Positions 9,564-19,875 are shown, numbered from the stretch's first letter. The stretch is 64,000 nucleotides of DNA from a virus (IMGVR_UViG_3300009370_000001), one strand, 5' to 3'. The notes: generated by a model from the letters alone, not told the origin. Translations and numbers: made by a program.

Positions 9564-9995
9564 ATGGCAAATTGGAATCCATCATGGAAAACAGAAGTAG
9601 GTTTAAACCATGTTGGGGCATATCAAGTTAGTGGGCAACCATACGCTTCTGGCAATCTTGACTGTGGAAATGCAAAACAAGTTGAGTTCCCCTATGTAAC
9701 TCGATGGTTTCAGGTTATTAATCGAGAAGCCTTCCCCGTGCGTGTTGGGTTTTCTCAATTGGGAGTTTCTGGGAGTAATTATTTTACTTGCCCGCCCTCT
9801 GCATCGGCTGCCCCAAGTAGTACGGGAGTGCTGGAGGCAAAGGTTTCTGAAGTGTGGCTATATAGCCCGGGCAACCCTACTGCCAAGGCCGATGTTGTGG
9901 CTGGCTTAACTAGTGTTCCGCGCGGAAGAACGACAGTTTCATCTTCCACCGATGGGCTTCTCCCATCATGGAGCGGTTCAGTAGGAGTAGGCTAG
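9564..9995 (+). CDS. Putative virion structural protein
   Basis: AGGAG RBS; beta-rich Gly/Ser/Val composition; follows the candidate late motif. Confidence 0.6.
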   Translation: MANWNPSWKTEVGLNHVGAYQVSGQPYASGNLDCGNAKQVEFPYVTRWFQVINREAFPVRVGFSQLGVSGSNYFTCPPSASAAPSSTGVLEAKVSEVWLYSPGNPTAKADVVAGLTSVPRGRTTVSSSTDGLLPSWSGSVGVG

Positions 9996-9996
9996 A

Positions 9997-10767
9997 ATGG
10001 CCACTTTTGGATGGGCATATATAAACTGCGAAGACTCTGGTTCTGCTAGCACTGGAGGACAAGCTGATGGTCCCACCGGATCAATACAGTTTGTAACCGG
10101 CTCTAACGCGACCAGTGGTTCGGCTAACTTGTTGTGGTATACCGCATCGTATGGCGGCTATAATGCCAATACACTTGTATTAACAGGCGCATTGGTCGTC
10201 ACCGGTGCGATTAGTGCTAGTCACTTTCACATTGAAAACATAGCAGTTATCGATGCCACCGGCTCTACTTATTTTGGTAATAGCTCCGACGATTCGCACG
10301 TTAGAACGGGAAGTCTTTATATTTCGCAGAACACTATTCTTGGAAGCGATTATACAGCCGACCATAAAATCAGTGGCAGTCTTCAAATTTATGGCAGTAG
10401 TTCTGTCTCTGGTCCTGCTCTCGCTATCGAATATTCACAGTCGGCCGGAATTCTCACGGTCCCCGGCTTACGGGTTCAATATACACAAATTACAGAGACT
10501 GCCGGCACTACGGGTTCGCAAGGCGACTATATTATTGGAATCCGCGCCGGCGATGCAAACACTAACTATCGGCTCCCCAGTGCCTCCTTAGCTGGAACGG
10601 GATCCTTGCGTGTCATTAAGGATGAGGTGGCATCGCGCTCAGGAACAAAAATTTATGTTTCCTCTTCGTCGCCCGATACCATTGATGGGCAAGCTAGCTA
10701 TATATTGACTGGCACAATGCCAGCTATTAATTTGTATTCTGACGGACACGATTGGTATATATTCTAG
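9997..10767 (+). CDS. Fibre/decoration-like virion protein, paralogue 1
   Basis: Gly/Ser/Thr-rich; C-terminal module ...LP...VIKDE...TIDG...LYSDGHDWYIF shared with neighbours. Confidence 0.65.
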   Translation: MATFGWAYINCEDSGSASTGGQADGPTGSIQFVTGSNATSGSANLLWYTASYGGYNANTLVLTGALVVTGAISASHFHIENIAVIDATGSTYFGNSSDDSHVRTGSLYISQNTILGSDYTADHKISGSLQIYGSSSVSGPALAIEYSQSAGILTVPGLRVQYTQITETAGTTGSQGDYIIGIRAGDANTNYRLPSASLAGTGSLRVIKDEVASRSGTKIYVSSSSPDTIDGQASYILTGTMPAINLYSDGHDWYIF

Positions 10768-10783
10768 GAGGTAAAAGTATCGT

Positions 10784-11581
10784 ATGGGCTACAATACTTT
10801 ATCAGGTACCGTCCTTGCTCCACTAGAATTTATTCCTGGCGACTTAGTAGTTGGGAATATCCTATCTGGTAATTTAAGCACTTCGGATGGATCCTCTGTT
10901 ATTAATGTTCCGCGGGTAACCAATCCTACCGATAATGCTATTCTCACCAACATAGGAGGAGACGCCAATAGTCTTACGTGTGAAACTAATCTCACTTTTG
11001 ATGGCAGTGAATTAGTAATCACGGGGTATGTGACGGCCAGCATTGGATTGTCTGCCTCTTATTTGGAGGGAGACGGAAGCCGTCTTAGCGGTATTACAGG
11101 CGGCGGCGGCGGTGATGGCATCTTCACGATTATAGATGGCTCTCACGCATATGTCACCAGTAGTCTTAATGTTGGTGGACAGACATCACCCACTCATCAA
11201 CTGGTGGTTAGCGGCACTGTTTCCTCTAGTGTTAATGTGTCTGCTTCAGCATTTTATGGATCGGCAATGATTTTAGCCGGCGGCTTATCCTTGAATCGAG
11301 TATCGGTGAGTGGTCATGTAACAGCTTCTAAAAACGATTATTATCTAGGCGTGGATTCTACCAATACAGCCATAGAAATTCGCCTCTTAAATGCTGCTCT
11401 ATTGGACAGCGGCCAAACTTATGTGGTAAAGGACGAGAGTGGCAACGCTGATAACAACAATATAACGATTAGGACCAGCGGATCCCAGACTATTGATGGA
11501 CAAAATGCAGTAGTTTTGATGTCCCCTCACGCATCAATCTCGATTTATTGTAATGGGTCCGATAAATACTTTATTTATTGA
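10784..11581 (+). CDS. Fibre/decoration-like virion protein, paralogue 2
   Basis: AGGAGG RBS; shared C-terminal module (VVKDE...TIDGQ...YCNGSDKYFIY) and NLTFDG and GDGS motifs. Confidence 0.65.
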   Translation: MGYNTLSGTVLAPLEFIPGDLVVGNILSGNLSTSDGSSVINVPRVTNPTDNAILTNIGGDANSLTCETNLTFDGSELVITGYVTASIGLSASYLEGDGSRLSGITGGGGGDGIFTIIDGSHAYVTSSLNVGGQTSPTHQLVVSGTVSSSVNVSASAFYGSAMILAGGLSLNRVSVSGHVTASKNDYYLGVDSTNTAIEIRLLNAALLDSGQTYVVKDESGNADNNNITIRTSGSQTIDGQNAVVLMSPHASISIYCNGSDKYFIY

Positions 11582-11601
11582 GTTTTTATATACTGGCGCC
11601 A

Positions 11602-11609
11602 ACTAATTA
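11602..11609 (+). promoter_or_regulatory. Candidate late promoter variant ACTAATTA
   Basis: Intergenic; 94 nt before ATG 11704. Confidence 0.5.
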
Positions 11610-11703
11610 ATAGCGAGCCCACATGCAAATGTGGTGCTTGGGGTGCTTGCTGTATAACAAGCATCCTGCCTAAAAAAAACTATAATATGGAGGGTTTTTA
11701 AAA

Positions 11704-13287
11704 ATGGCTTATTTATTTCAATCGGGTAGTATGGAGGCACAGCTTTCGGGCGGTATGGACTTCAACTATTCTAATGTTGAAACTGACAAAATGATGGCGA
11801 TCAATTCTGATGCGACATCTCGCGCCGCAGCAGCAGGTGTATTCGGACTTGGTGCCGATGGATCGGCTGATGGTGCGTTATACTGGAATGGTTCAGAACT
11901 CGTGGTTGCGGCCGCGACGACGGATATTTTTGCGGTAGGCGCCAACGGCGTTAATCTTTCGCAAAGCGGAGATTACTACAGTATTCAAGGTACCAGCGTT
12001 CTTAACGCAACTACTCTTGGTAGCGCAGTCGTCGCTTCGTCTCTGACGAGTCTTGGCACTCAAGGTGAAGCTCTGGATATGGGCGACAACAACATCTCTA
12101 ATGTTGGGGATATCGACTGTGATAGCATCAGTGTTGCTGATGCAGCAAATGGTCTTGATGTTATTTTCGGTGGTGACAGTGGCACTAATAAAATGTCACT
12201 TACTGACAATCTGGCAATTGCGCTTGATGTTACACAAGGTGCGAATTCTTACCTCAAGTTTGTTACAACGGACGGGTCTGAACAAATTACTTTTGGAAAG
12301 AACAGTACATTTAATGGCACAACTATTGCTGATCTCGGTACTGTCACGACTGCCGACATTAACGGTGGTTCTCTCGACGGCGTCACTATCGGTGCCGCTT
12401 CTGCAGGTGCTGGTACTTTTGCCGCTCTTATCGGAACGAGCTTAAGCGTTAGTGATGGCGACATCACAAACGTTGGAGTTCTGGAGGCCGACACTATTCA
12501 ATCCGATGCAGATGCATCGGGTTTGAATATTAACTTTGATGGTAATACTGGCACCAACAAGATTACGATCAATGATGGTTTAGCTACCGGTCTGCTTGTT
12601 GAAGACTCCGGTGGCAATGATTTCATGATCTTTTCTACTGATGGCGATGATAACATTAAATTTAAAAAGGGTACTACATTTAATGGCACGACCATTGCTG
12701 ATCTCGGTACTGTCACGACTGCCACGTCTATTACGTCGACCGACTTAATTGGTACTAACATTGATGGTATTATCGGCGCCGACACTGCTCGCGCTGGTAC
12801 TTTCACCAGTCTTGATTGTACCGATGGCGCATTCGCTGTCGCCAATCTTGACATCGACGGTGCAACTGACATTGGCGCTGCTCTGGTAGACGCTGACTTG
12901 TTCATTGTTGATGATGGTGCTGGTGGAACAAACCGTAAGAGTACTTTGTCTCGACTTAAGACTTACATCGGTGCTGGTAACGAGGCTGTGGAAGTTCACG
13001 GCGTACACGGCAATCAACTTCTGAGTGGTGGCATGAATGTTGCTACAGGAAGTTTCGCTGCAAATCGCACCTGGACTCTGCCGCGTTGCAGTAGCATTTC
13101 CGAAGGTGAGATCTATCGCGTCAAAGTAACGGGCTTGGACGGCAACACGCTGACCGTGGCTGTTAACGCTAATGATTCAATCGATGACTTGGCTGTAGAT
13201 GTTGATCTCGAACTTAACTCAGACAATGGTTCTATCTCGCTTATGTGCGTCGATACTGACTCTGCTGGTAAGTGGAAGATCTTTTAA
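11704..13287 (+). CDS. Fibre/decoration-like virion protein, paralogue 3, with an internal ~123-aa duplication
   Basis: GGAGG RBS; Gly/Asp/Thr-rich; TFNGTTIADLGTVTTA occurs twice; C-terminal module ends in WKIF. Confidence 0.7.
   Translation: MAYLFQSGSMEAQLSGGMDFNYSNVETDKMMAINSDATSRAAAAGVFGLGADGSADGALYWNGSELVVAAATTDIFAVGANGVNLSQSGDYYSIQGTSVLNATTLGSAVVASSLTSLGTQGEALDMGDNNISNVGDIDCDSISVADAANGLDVIFGGDSGTNKMSLTDNLAIALDVTQGANSYLKFVTTDGSEQITFGKNSTFNGTTIADLGTVTTADINGGSLDGVTIGAASAGAGTFAALIGTSLSVSDGDITNVGVLEADTIQSDADASGLNINFDGNTGTNKITINDGLATGLLVEDSGGNDFMIFSTDGDDNIKFKKGTTFNGTTIADLGTVTTATSITSTDLIGTNIDGIIGADTARAGTFTSLDCTDGAFAVANLDIDGATDIGAALVDADLFIVDDGAGGTNRKSTLSRLKTYIGAGNEAVEVHGVHGNQLLSGGMNVATGSFAANRTWTLPRCSSISEGEIYRVKVTGLDGNTLTVAVNANDSIDDLAVDVDLELNSDNGSISLMCVDTDSAGKWKIF
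12306..12723 (+). repeat. 49-bp direct repeat at 12306-12354 and 12675-12723
   Basis: TACATTTAATGGCACRACYATTGCTGATCTCGGTACTGTCACGACTGCC; two mismatches; 369-nt spacing. Confidence 0.9.
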
Positions 13288-13331
13288 TCTCGAACTTGTT
13301 TCAGATGAAGAATTTCATTCTTTAAAATATT

Positions 13332-13366
13332 GGGCGCCCCTCCTTGTGGGGGGCGTCCTCTTTTTT
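13332..13366 (+). terminator. Rho-independent terminator
   Basis: GC-rich stem GGGCGCCCCTC / GGGGGGCGTCC followed by T6. Confidence 0.85.
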
Positions 13367-13370
13367 ATAA

Positions 13371-13378
13371 ACTATTTA
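13371..13378 (+). promoter_or_regulatory. Candidate late promoter core ACTATTTA
   Basis: Immediately after the terminator; 45 nt before ATG 13424. Confidence 0.6.
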
Positions 13379-13423
13379 TAGCAGATAAATAAAATAATAT
13401 TCTATTTACAATGGACCCTTCTT

Positions 13424-14488
13424 ATGGCTTATAATATTACTGCTACTAACGTAAAAGAAACTCAAGATTCTTTATCTCAAAATATGCTCGACAAAGAGTC
13501 GGATCAGGAGATTAGCGGCACCAAAACATTTTTAAATAACATTAGCGCTAAACAGTTTAAACTACTTGATGGAACACCATTAAGACCTACGGCCCTTGAG
13601 ACTATTTCTAACAATACGCCCGGCGCCATTTTAATTTGTAACGGAAATACTACCGCAACTGGCGCGCCCAATCTTACATATAAGAATAGCACTCTCTCAG
13701 GGCAAGAGGCCGCCTTCGAGGTGTTCAATGGGTCTGCTAAGAAATTAACTGAGATCCCCGCCGCGGCCCTTGAAGGAACAGTTCCTGCCGCCACATTACC
13801 CCTCGGTAGTCGAGGAGGACTGTCAGTGCACAATAATCAACTCATCATTGACCCAACGACCCCCTTGTCTATTCGCACCCAAGGTCAAACATTGGCAGAT
13901 CCAGATTTATTATTGATATATGATGTCTCTAAAAATGAACTGCGCAAGACCACATTGCAAGTATTGCATGATGATTACTTACATTCTAAACTCAAGCACC
14001 CTGGGGGCCAAGTTAATAGCTTACAATTTAAGAAGGGGACTGGTTTTGGCGGAAGCGCTGGATTGACTTTTAACCCTACAAAGCAAATCCTAAATGTCGA
14101 TGGTCATTGTGATATGATTTCATTGACGACGACCAATAGCTTAACAGTAGGTGGGTCGCTTCATCAGGACGGCGCGCTACATCAAGCGATAAAAACTATT
14201 AGTGGCGACTATACTGTACAGCAAGACGATTACACGCTGTTAGCGGATGTTTCAAACACTAGTGCGTGTATCACACTACCCGATGCTACTCAAAATGAGG
14301 GAAGAATGATCAACATTAAGGGCATTAACTCGACAAAGTATACCCTTCGGTCTCATAGTTTAATGATTAAAAGCGCCGGCGGCTCAATTGACAGGTTTGA
14401 TAACGTCACTCTTAAAATGAATGGCGCCTCACGCACGCTTCAATCAGATGGAATAAATTGGTGGATTATTGGATCTAGAGGAACTTGA
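13424..14488 (+). CDS. Fibre/decoration-like virion protein, paralogue 4
   Basis: Shared C-terminal module (DDYTLLAD...ITLPDA...NIK...LQSDGINWWII). Confidence 0.65.
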   Translation: MAYNITATNVKETQDSLSQNMLDKESDQEISGTKTFLNNISAKQFKLLDGTPLRPTALETISNNTPGAILICNGNTTATGAPNLTYKNSTLSGQEAAFEVFNGSAKKLTEIPAAALEGTVPAATLPLGSRGGLSVHNNQLIIDPTTPLSIRTQGQTLADPDLLLIYDVSKNELRKTTLQVLHDDYLHSKLKHPGGQVNSLQFKKGTGFGGSAGLTFNPTKQILNVDGHCDMISLTTTNSLTVGGSLHQDGALHQAIKTISGDYTVQQDDYTLLADVSNTSACITLPDATQNEGRMINIKGINSTKYTLRSHSLMIKSAGGSIDRFDNVTLKMNGASRTLQSDGINWWIIGSRGT

Positions 14489-14520
14489 TTTCTAGTTAGT
14501 AAAAATGGAGAACCTAATTA

Positions 14521-16704
14521 ATGGCTTATAACACCTCAAAGGGCCCCCGTGGACTAGGCGATATTCTCAACGAAGAGGATACCGATACTCAAATTGATTT
14601 CGGTAGCGATGAGATTACCTTTAAAACTAATAACATAGGGCGCCTGACGATTGCTAATGCGCATGTATCTTGCTCTGTAAATGTCTCAGGCTCCGCTTTT
14701 TATGGCGATGGCTCCAATCTTACGGGACTGACTCCCGCTGCAATCACGACCTACAATAGCGCCGCAGACAATCGTGTTATCACTTCGGTAAATAGTACTA
14801 CTGTTCAAGGCGAAAGTGGTTTAACATACGACGGCGCCGATTTGGTTATAGTAGGGAATGCGTCTGCCTCTCTTGGTGTCACTGGCTCTGCTCTTTATAC
14901 TGCCACAACCACTATTGATAGCGCACATGTGTCAAGTTCTCTTAATGTCTCCGGAGCCGCTTTTTATGGCGATGGTTCTAATTTGAGTAATTTGCCACCA
15001 TCAGGAATCGTATGGGATGGCTCTACTGCTAATGGTGTTGCGACATATAAAAACGGTGGCGAGGCAACTGTAGAGTCAAATCTAACTTTTGATGGAACAG
15101 ACTTAGGTGTCTCTGACAAGATCGTTCATATAGGCGATACAGATACATTTATTAACTTTACAGAGGATGACATAAACTTTCAAGCCGGCGGCGTCAATTT
15201 TCTAGATCTCACCGAGGACACTCAAAACGAAGCAACTTTTAACGAAGGTGGTGTTGATGTTGACTTTAGGGTTGAGTCGGTTAACGACACACATATGATT
15301 TTTGTTGACGCTGCAAATGATGCTGTTAGTATTGGTGTTTCCACCGATACGCCGGCCGCTGTGTTAGAGATTGCAGGTGACGCTGCTCAGGCGAAACCCA
15401 CACTTACTATTGATCACGCAGAAGATACCAACAATGCTGTTAATATCAACGCAGATTCCATAACAACAGCCAAAGCTTTGCGCATATCTGCTGACGCCTT
15501 AACGACGGGTAACGCTCTTTATATTGACGACGCTTCATCAAACACGGGAACAAGAAAAACCGCGCTCATAATTCAGAATAATGCTGCAGCAATTAACGCC
15601 CAAGCACTAGCAGTTCAGTCAGACGGTGGCACAACAGGAATAAAACTAGACAAGAATTACTCGGATCTCACTGAAGCCTCAATAACCGGCTTGCACATAG
15701 ACTGGGATAAGACCGGCGCTTCCACGTCAGACAACACCATGTATGGTATCCAACTTGACATGGATAACACGACAGCCACCAACGGCAACAACTACATGTA
15801 TGGCTTACACGTCACCCCGACGCTTTCGCACGCTGCTGACGCCGGCGGAGCCTTTCTATACGGTGTGTTTATTAACGCGCAAGGCGGAACAAACGGCAGC
15901 AGCCTTGTCCAAGGGGCAAGAATCGAAGCTGGGGGCGGAGACGTCAACTACGGAATCCAACTTGATGTTGAGGACGGTGGTGTCGATCTTAGAATTGAAA
16001 GTTCAGCCGATAGTGGCGATTACTTCCAGATTCAAACCACTACCCATGGCGCAACCACGATCTCAACAGTTGATGACAATGCTACTGCAGCCCATCTGGT
16101 ATTTGATGTGGATGGAGATATTACTTTAGACCCCGCCGCTGGCACTGTTGATGTCGCCGGCACTCTCACAGCTTCGGTAAACATTTCAGCATCCGCATTC
16201 TATGGTGACGGTGCGAACTTGACAAATGTAGCCACCGACGCTACGGGGTCCGGAGGCGCCGGCGATATTCAATTTTTGAGAAGCACCGATGGAAGCTTTA
16301 TGTCAGATGGAGCTTTATCTTTTAGCACTGGTTCTTCGGGCGCCACGGGAACTGCATTAAGTTGTTCCAACTTGGTAGTAGGATATGGGCTGAAGCTCCC
16401 CTACGCAGTAAAAACTTCAAATTATAGTGTGGCGATTTCTGATAATATCATTTACATGAGCGGTTCACTGACTAACATTACCGCTTCGCTACCAGCTGCA
16501 TCTACGGTCGATGGGAGTGTGTTTTATATTAAAAATATTAGCGCTCACCGTGAAGCAGAAGTGCGTCCCAACGGGAGCGAACTGATTGATAATGCTGCTT
16601 TACAATCTCTCGAAGCCACCGAAGGAATACGAATTCAGGCTCTAGCTGCGGGGGGAGGAGCTTATACTTGGGCCATTATTGGCGTGTCAATGCCGCTTCC
16701 ATAG
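14521..16704 (+). CDS. Long fibre-like virion protein, paralogue 5
   Basis: Three copies of the S(V/L)N(V/I)SxxAFYGDGxNL module, ESNLTFDG motifs, and the shared C-terminal module (SLPAAS...YIKNI...WAII). Confidence 0.7.
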   Translation: MAYNTSKGPRGLGDILNEEDTDTQIDFGSDEITFKTNNIGRLTIANAHVSCSVNVSGSAFYGDGSNLTGLTPAAITTYNSAADNRVITSVNSTTVQGESGLTYDGADLVIVGNASASLGVTGSALYTATTTIDSAHVSSSLNVSGAAFYGDGSNLSNLPPSGIVWDGSTANGVATYKNGGEATVESNLTFDGTDLGVSDKIVHIGDTDTFINFTEDDINFQAGGVNFLDLTEDTQNEATFNEGGVDVDFRVESVNDTHMIFVDAANDAVSIGVSTDTPAAVLEIAGDAAQAKPTLTIDHAEDTNNAVNINADSITTAKALRISADALTTGNALYIDDASSNTGTRKTALIIQNNAAAINAQALAVQSDGGTTGIKLDKNYSDLTEASITGLHIDWDKTGASTSDNTMYGIQLDMDNTTATNGNNYMYGLHVTPTLSHAADAGGAFLYGVFINAQGGTNGSSLVQGARIEAGGGDVNYGIQLDVEDGGVDLRIESSADSGDYFQIQTTTHGATTISTVDDNATAAHLVFDVDGDITLDPAAGTVDVAGTLTASVNISASAFYGDGANLTNVATDATGSGGAGDIQFLRSTDGSFMSDGALSFSTGSSGATGTALSCSNLVVGYGLKLPYAVKTSNYSVAISDNIIYMSGSLTNITASLPAASTVDGSVFYIKNISAHREAEVRPNGSELIDNAALQSLEATEGIRIQALAAGGGAYTWAIIGVSMPLP

Positions 16705-16764
16705 TATATCTAAGTGTTAACAGTGCCTCTCCTATATAAAAAGAGGTGTTTTACGATATAAAAT

Positions 16765-16772
16765 ACTATTTA
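16765..16772 (+). promoter_or_regulatory. Candidate late promoter core ACTATTTA (scaffold-capsid operon)
   Basis: Intergenic; 32 nt before ATG 16805, which has an AGGAG RBS. Confidence 0.6.
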
Positions 16773-16804
16773 TTTTGAATTAGTATCATTTTAGGAGTAT
16801 ATTA

Positions 16805-17983
16805 ATGTCCACTCTTTTGAAAGACGCCATCGTCGACGCTCAAAGCTTGCGTGAAGCAGCTTTAAAAAGCGCGGAAACTACCGTGATTGACAAATACGCA
16901 ACAGAAGTTCGCGAAACCCTGACTAAGTTATTAGAACAGGATGAGATGGAAGATCCACTAGGCGCAGAATTAGAAGCGCCCCCCGCAATGGACCTAGGGG
17001 CCCCCGAAGGTGGTATGGATCCGATGGGCGCCGAAACTGACGCGGGCACTGGAGAACAAGTAGCCGCAAATATTCCCCTTGCCGCGACGGACAACCTTTC
17101 AGAGAACGAAGGCGAAAATTTAGAACGTCTTCCGCGTAGTGGAGAAGACGTCGAGATAGAGATTAACCTTGATGCTCTGCAAGAAGCAGTTCGAACTCTC
17201 CACGATGAACAAGAGATCAACCTCAATGAACAAACACTGGTAGAACTCCTGTCAGAAGACGAAGAGGATCTTGAGGAAGTGCAATCACCCGGTGTCTCGG
17301 CAGCAGCCGAAGCCGAAGCAGACGATGATCAAATGAATAGTCTCCTGAACCCCGGCTCGAAGAAAGAAGATGATGAAAACGTCGATGCCGCAGAGATGTC
17401 AGCCGAAGGCTTAGAAATCACTGATGAATTAATTGAGGATATCGTCGAAAGATTGACGGTAGACATGGGCGCCACCTTAAAAGGTTGGGCCGGCCGCTCC
17501 TCAGAAGATATGAAATATGAATTGGAGAGAGCGCTAGCACATCGTCGCAGCACTGATTTCCAAGATGAATTAGATACTTTAAAGAAGGCTCAAGAAGAGT
17601 TAGTTTTCGAAAATAAACAACTTAACGAGTCCCTTGAACAATATAAGCAAGTAACTGGAGAATTACGACAAGGATTGAATGATGTCAACCTTTCTAATGC
17701 TCGCTTGCTTTACACGAACCGTGTGCTCAGAAATACCTCCTTAAATGAGCGGCAAAAAACAAAGATTGCCGACGCTATTTCGAAAGCTGGTTCAGTAACA
17801 GAAGCCAAGACGATATATCATACGCTTGAAAACGCAACGCCGGCCGCACCACAGCGCGGCCCACAATCGTTGAGTGAAGCCATTACTCGCCGCAGCACTT
17901 CTGTTATTCGTGCTTCTCGTCAAGAGAGCACTCCATCCGATCCCATTGCGGAAAGGATGAAAAGACTAGCAGGCATCAAATGA
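16805..17983 (+). CDS. Prohead scaffolding protein (gp22-like role)
   Basis: Highly acidic with a coiled-coil segment; directly upstream of the major capsid gene; ends RMKRLAGIK. Confidence 0.75.
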   Translation: MSTLLKDAIVDAQSLREAALKSAETTVIDKYATEVRETLTKLLEQDEMEDPLGAELEAPPAMDLGAPEGGMDPMGAETDAGTGEQVAANIPLAATDNLSENEGENLERLPRSGEDVEIEINLDALQEAVRTLHDEQEINLNEQTLVELLSEDEEDLEEVQSPGVSAAAEAEADDDQMNSLLNPGSKKEDDENVDAAEMSAEGLEITDELIEDIVERLTVDMGATLKGWAGRSSEDMKYELERALAHRRSTDFQDELDTLKKAQEELVFENKQLNESLEQYKQVTGELRQGLNDVNLSNARLLYTNRVLRNTSLNERQKTKIADAISKAGSVTEAKTIYHTLENATPAAPQRGPQSLSEAITRRSTSVIRASRQESTPSDPIAERMKRLAGIK

Positions 17984-18021
17984 GATGCCAAAATACAATT
18001 ATATAAGGAGATATTTTAAAA

Positions 18022-19812
18022 ATGGCTGGTATTATTGATAGGTTGACCGAAGGTGTTGTCAACCGTGATATGCGCGCAGAAGGTCACGCTTTGTTATCAA
18101 AGTGGGAGCGCACAGGACTTTTAGAGGGTCTTGATAATGACCGTAAGAAGCAGTCTATGGCTAGGTTACTTGAGAACCAAGCTAAAGAGCTTCTTCGTGA
18201 AAACTCTACGATGTCTGGTGGTGATGTTGAAGGCTTTGCAGCCGTCGCGTTCCCCATCGTCCGTCGTGTTTTTGCAGGACTGATTGCTAACGATCTTGTT
18301 AGTGTTCAGCCGATGAGCTTACCCTCGGGTCTCATCTTCTTCCTGGACTTCGTGTTCTCGCCCAATTTGGGAGACAGTACGGGTCCACAAACCGACCGGT
18401 TTGGTAACCTTGCTGACAAGTCCATTTATGGTACGAATCAGGTTGGTTCACAAATCACTGGCGGTGTCGACTTGGTCAGCACTGATGGTAGTGGCTTCGG
18501 TGGTCCTCGGACCTCTGCCGCGCGCGGTTATGCATATGCATCCCCGAGTGGCTCCGTAACCAACACCACGGCTCAGTACGCAGTACGCGCTCAGTTCAAC
18601 CTTAATGGTAGTGAAACGGACGCAAACAAGAAGTATATCGAGTATGATCCCGATCTTCTTGCGTTGTCTGGAAGTGGCTACAAGGTTAGTGTTTGGGACC
18701 TTACAAAGCAGCTGTTTATCAACCAAGACGCTGATTTCGACAACGTCGCAGCTTTCGAGGTAACAAGCACTGCATTGAACACTGCACTTTCGGGTGTTGT
18801 TGGTGACAGCTACGCGCTGGTACGTCGATTGACACGCGTTGTCACGGCTGCTGATTCCGCTCAATCTGTGGAGAGTGTACGCTTTACTGTCGTTTCTCTC
18901 TCTGCCTCGGTTGGACACATTGCCGAGTCCGGCAACTGGGTAACCCAGGTTCCGATCCGTGACAACTTCAATGCTGCAACCGCTATGGGTGCTGTCGTTG
19001 GTGCTGCGGTTTGGGGACTCGAAGGTAACCCTGAGATCCCCGAGATCGACATCAAGGTGGACAGTACGGCTGTTACCGCGATGACCAAGAAGCTCAAGGC
19101 CAAGTGGACCCCGGAGTTAGGACAAGATCTTAACGCCTACCACAACCTTGATGCTGAGGTTGAGTTGACCAGCATTCTCTCTGAGCAAGTTGCTCTTGAG
19201 ATTGACCGCGAGATCCTTGGTGACCTCGTTGGTGGTGCAACTGCCGGTACTTATTACTGGTCACGTTCACCCGGTTTGTTTGTCGATAAGACGAGTGGCG
19301 TGGAAATTGGAGCAGCTACTAAGGCTCCCGACTTCACCGGTACTGTGAGTGAGTGGTATGAGACCCTCATTGAAACTATCAATGATGTCTCCGCACAGAT
19401 CCATCGCAAGACATTGCGTGGTGGTGCTAACTTCATCGTCTGCGGACCTGAAGTTGCCAACATTCTCGAATTCACGGCTGGTTTCCGTGCCTCTGTTACG
19501 GCAGATGATGAAACCGGTACCGTGGGTGCTGTCAAGACTGGATCTCTTTCCAAGAAGTTTGACGTCATTGTTGACCCATACTTCCTGCGGAACGTGGTTC
19601 TGGTCGGACGTCGTGGTTCCTCTTTCCTTGAAAGCGGATATGTATACGCACCTTATGTGCCGTTACAGACCACACCCACTATCTTTGGCCCTGAAGACTT
19701 CGTGCCCCGCAAGGGCGTGATGACTCGGTACGCCAAGAAGATGGTGCGTCCCGATATGTACGGTCTTGTTATCGTGCGCGGTCTCTTAGGTGAGTCCGGA
19801 TCTGCTACCTAA
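18022..19812 (+). CDS. Major capsid protein (T4 gp23-like)
   Basis: gp23 motifs VQPMSLPSGLIF, KLKAKWTPELGQDLNAYHNLDAEVELTSILSEQVALEIDREIL, YAPYVPL, GVMTRY; AGGAG RBS. Confidence 0.95.
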   Translation: MAGIIDRLTEGVVNRDMRAEGHALLSKWERTGLLEGLDNDRKKQSMARLLENQAKELLRENSTMSGGDVEGFAAVAFPIVRRVFAGLIANDLVSVQPMSLPSGLIFFLDFVFSPNLGDSTGPQTDRFGNLADKSIYGTNQVGSQITGGVDLVSTDGSGFGGPRTSAARGYAYASPSGSVTNTTAQYAVRAQFNLNGSETDANKKYIEYDPDLLALSGSGYKVSVWDLTKQLFINQDADFDNVAAFEVTSTALNTALSGVVGDSYALVRRLTRVVTAADSAQSVESVRFTVVSLSASVGHIAESGNWVTQVPIRDNFNAATAMGAVVGAAVWGLEGNPEIPEIDIKVDSTAVTAMTKKLKAKWTPELGQDLNAYHNLDAEVELTSILSEQVALEIDREILGDLVGGATAGTYYWSRSPGLFVDKTSGVEIGAATKAPDFTGTVSEWYETLIETINDVSAQIHRKTLRGGANFIVCGPEVANILEFTAGFRASVTADDETGTVGAVKTGSLSKKFDVIVDPYFLRNVVLVGRRGSSFLESGYVYAPYVPLQTTPTIFGPEDFVPRKGVMTRYAKKMVRPDMYGLVIVRGLLGESGSAT

Positions 19813-19834
19813 AATTAGCGGATAAATAAAACTT

Positions 19835-19869
19835 AGCCCCTTGGTCGAAAGACCGGGGGGTTTTGTTTT
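19835..19869 (+). terminator. Rho-independent terminator after the capsid gene
   Basis: GCCCCTTGGTC-GAAA-GACCGGGGGGT followed by a T-rich tail. Confidence 0.9.
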
Positions 19870-19875
19870 GCCTAG

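Noticed and set aside
12306-16250. Diversity-generating retroelement behind the fibre repeats
   Set aside because: No reverse transcriptase is present in the window, and the repeat differences are not adenine-specific.
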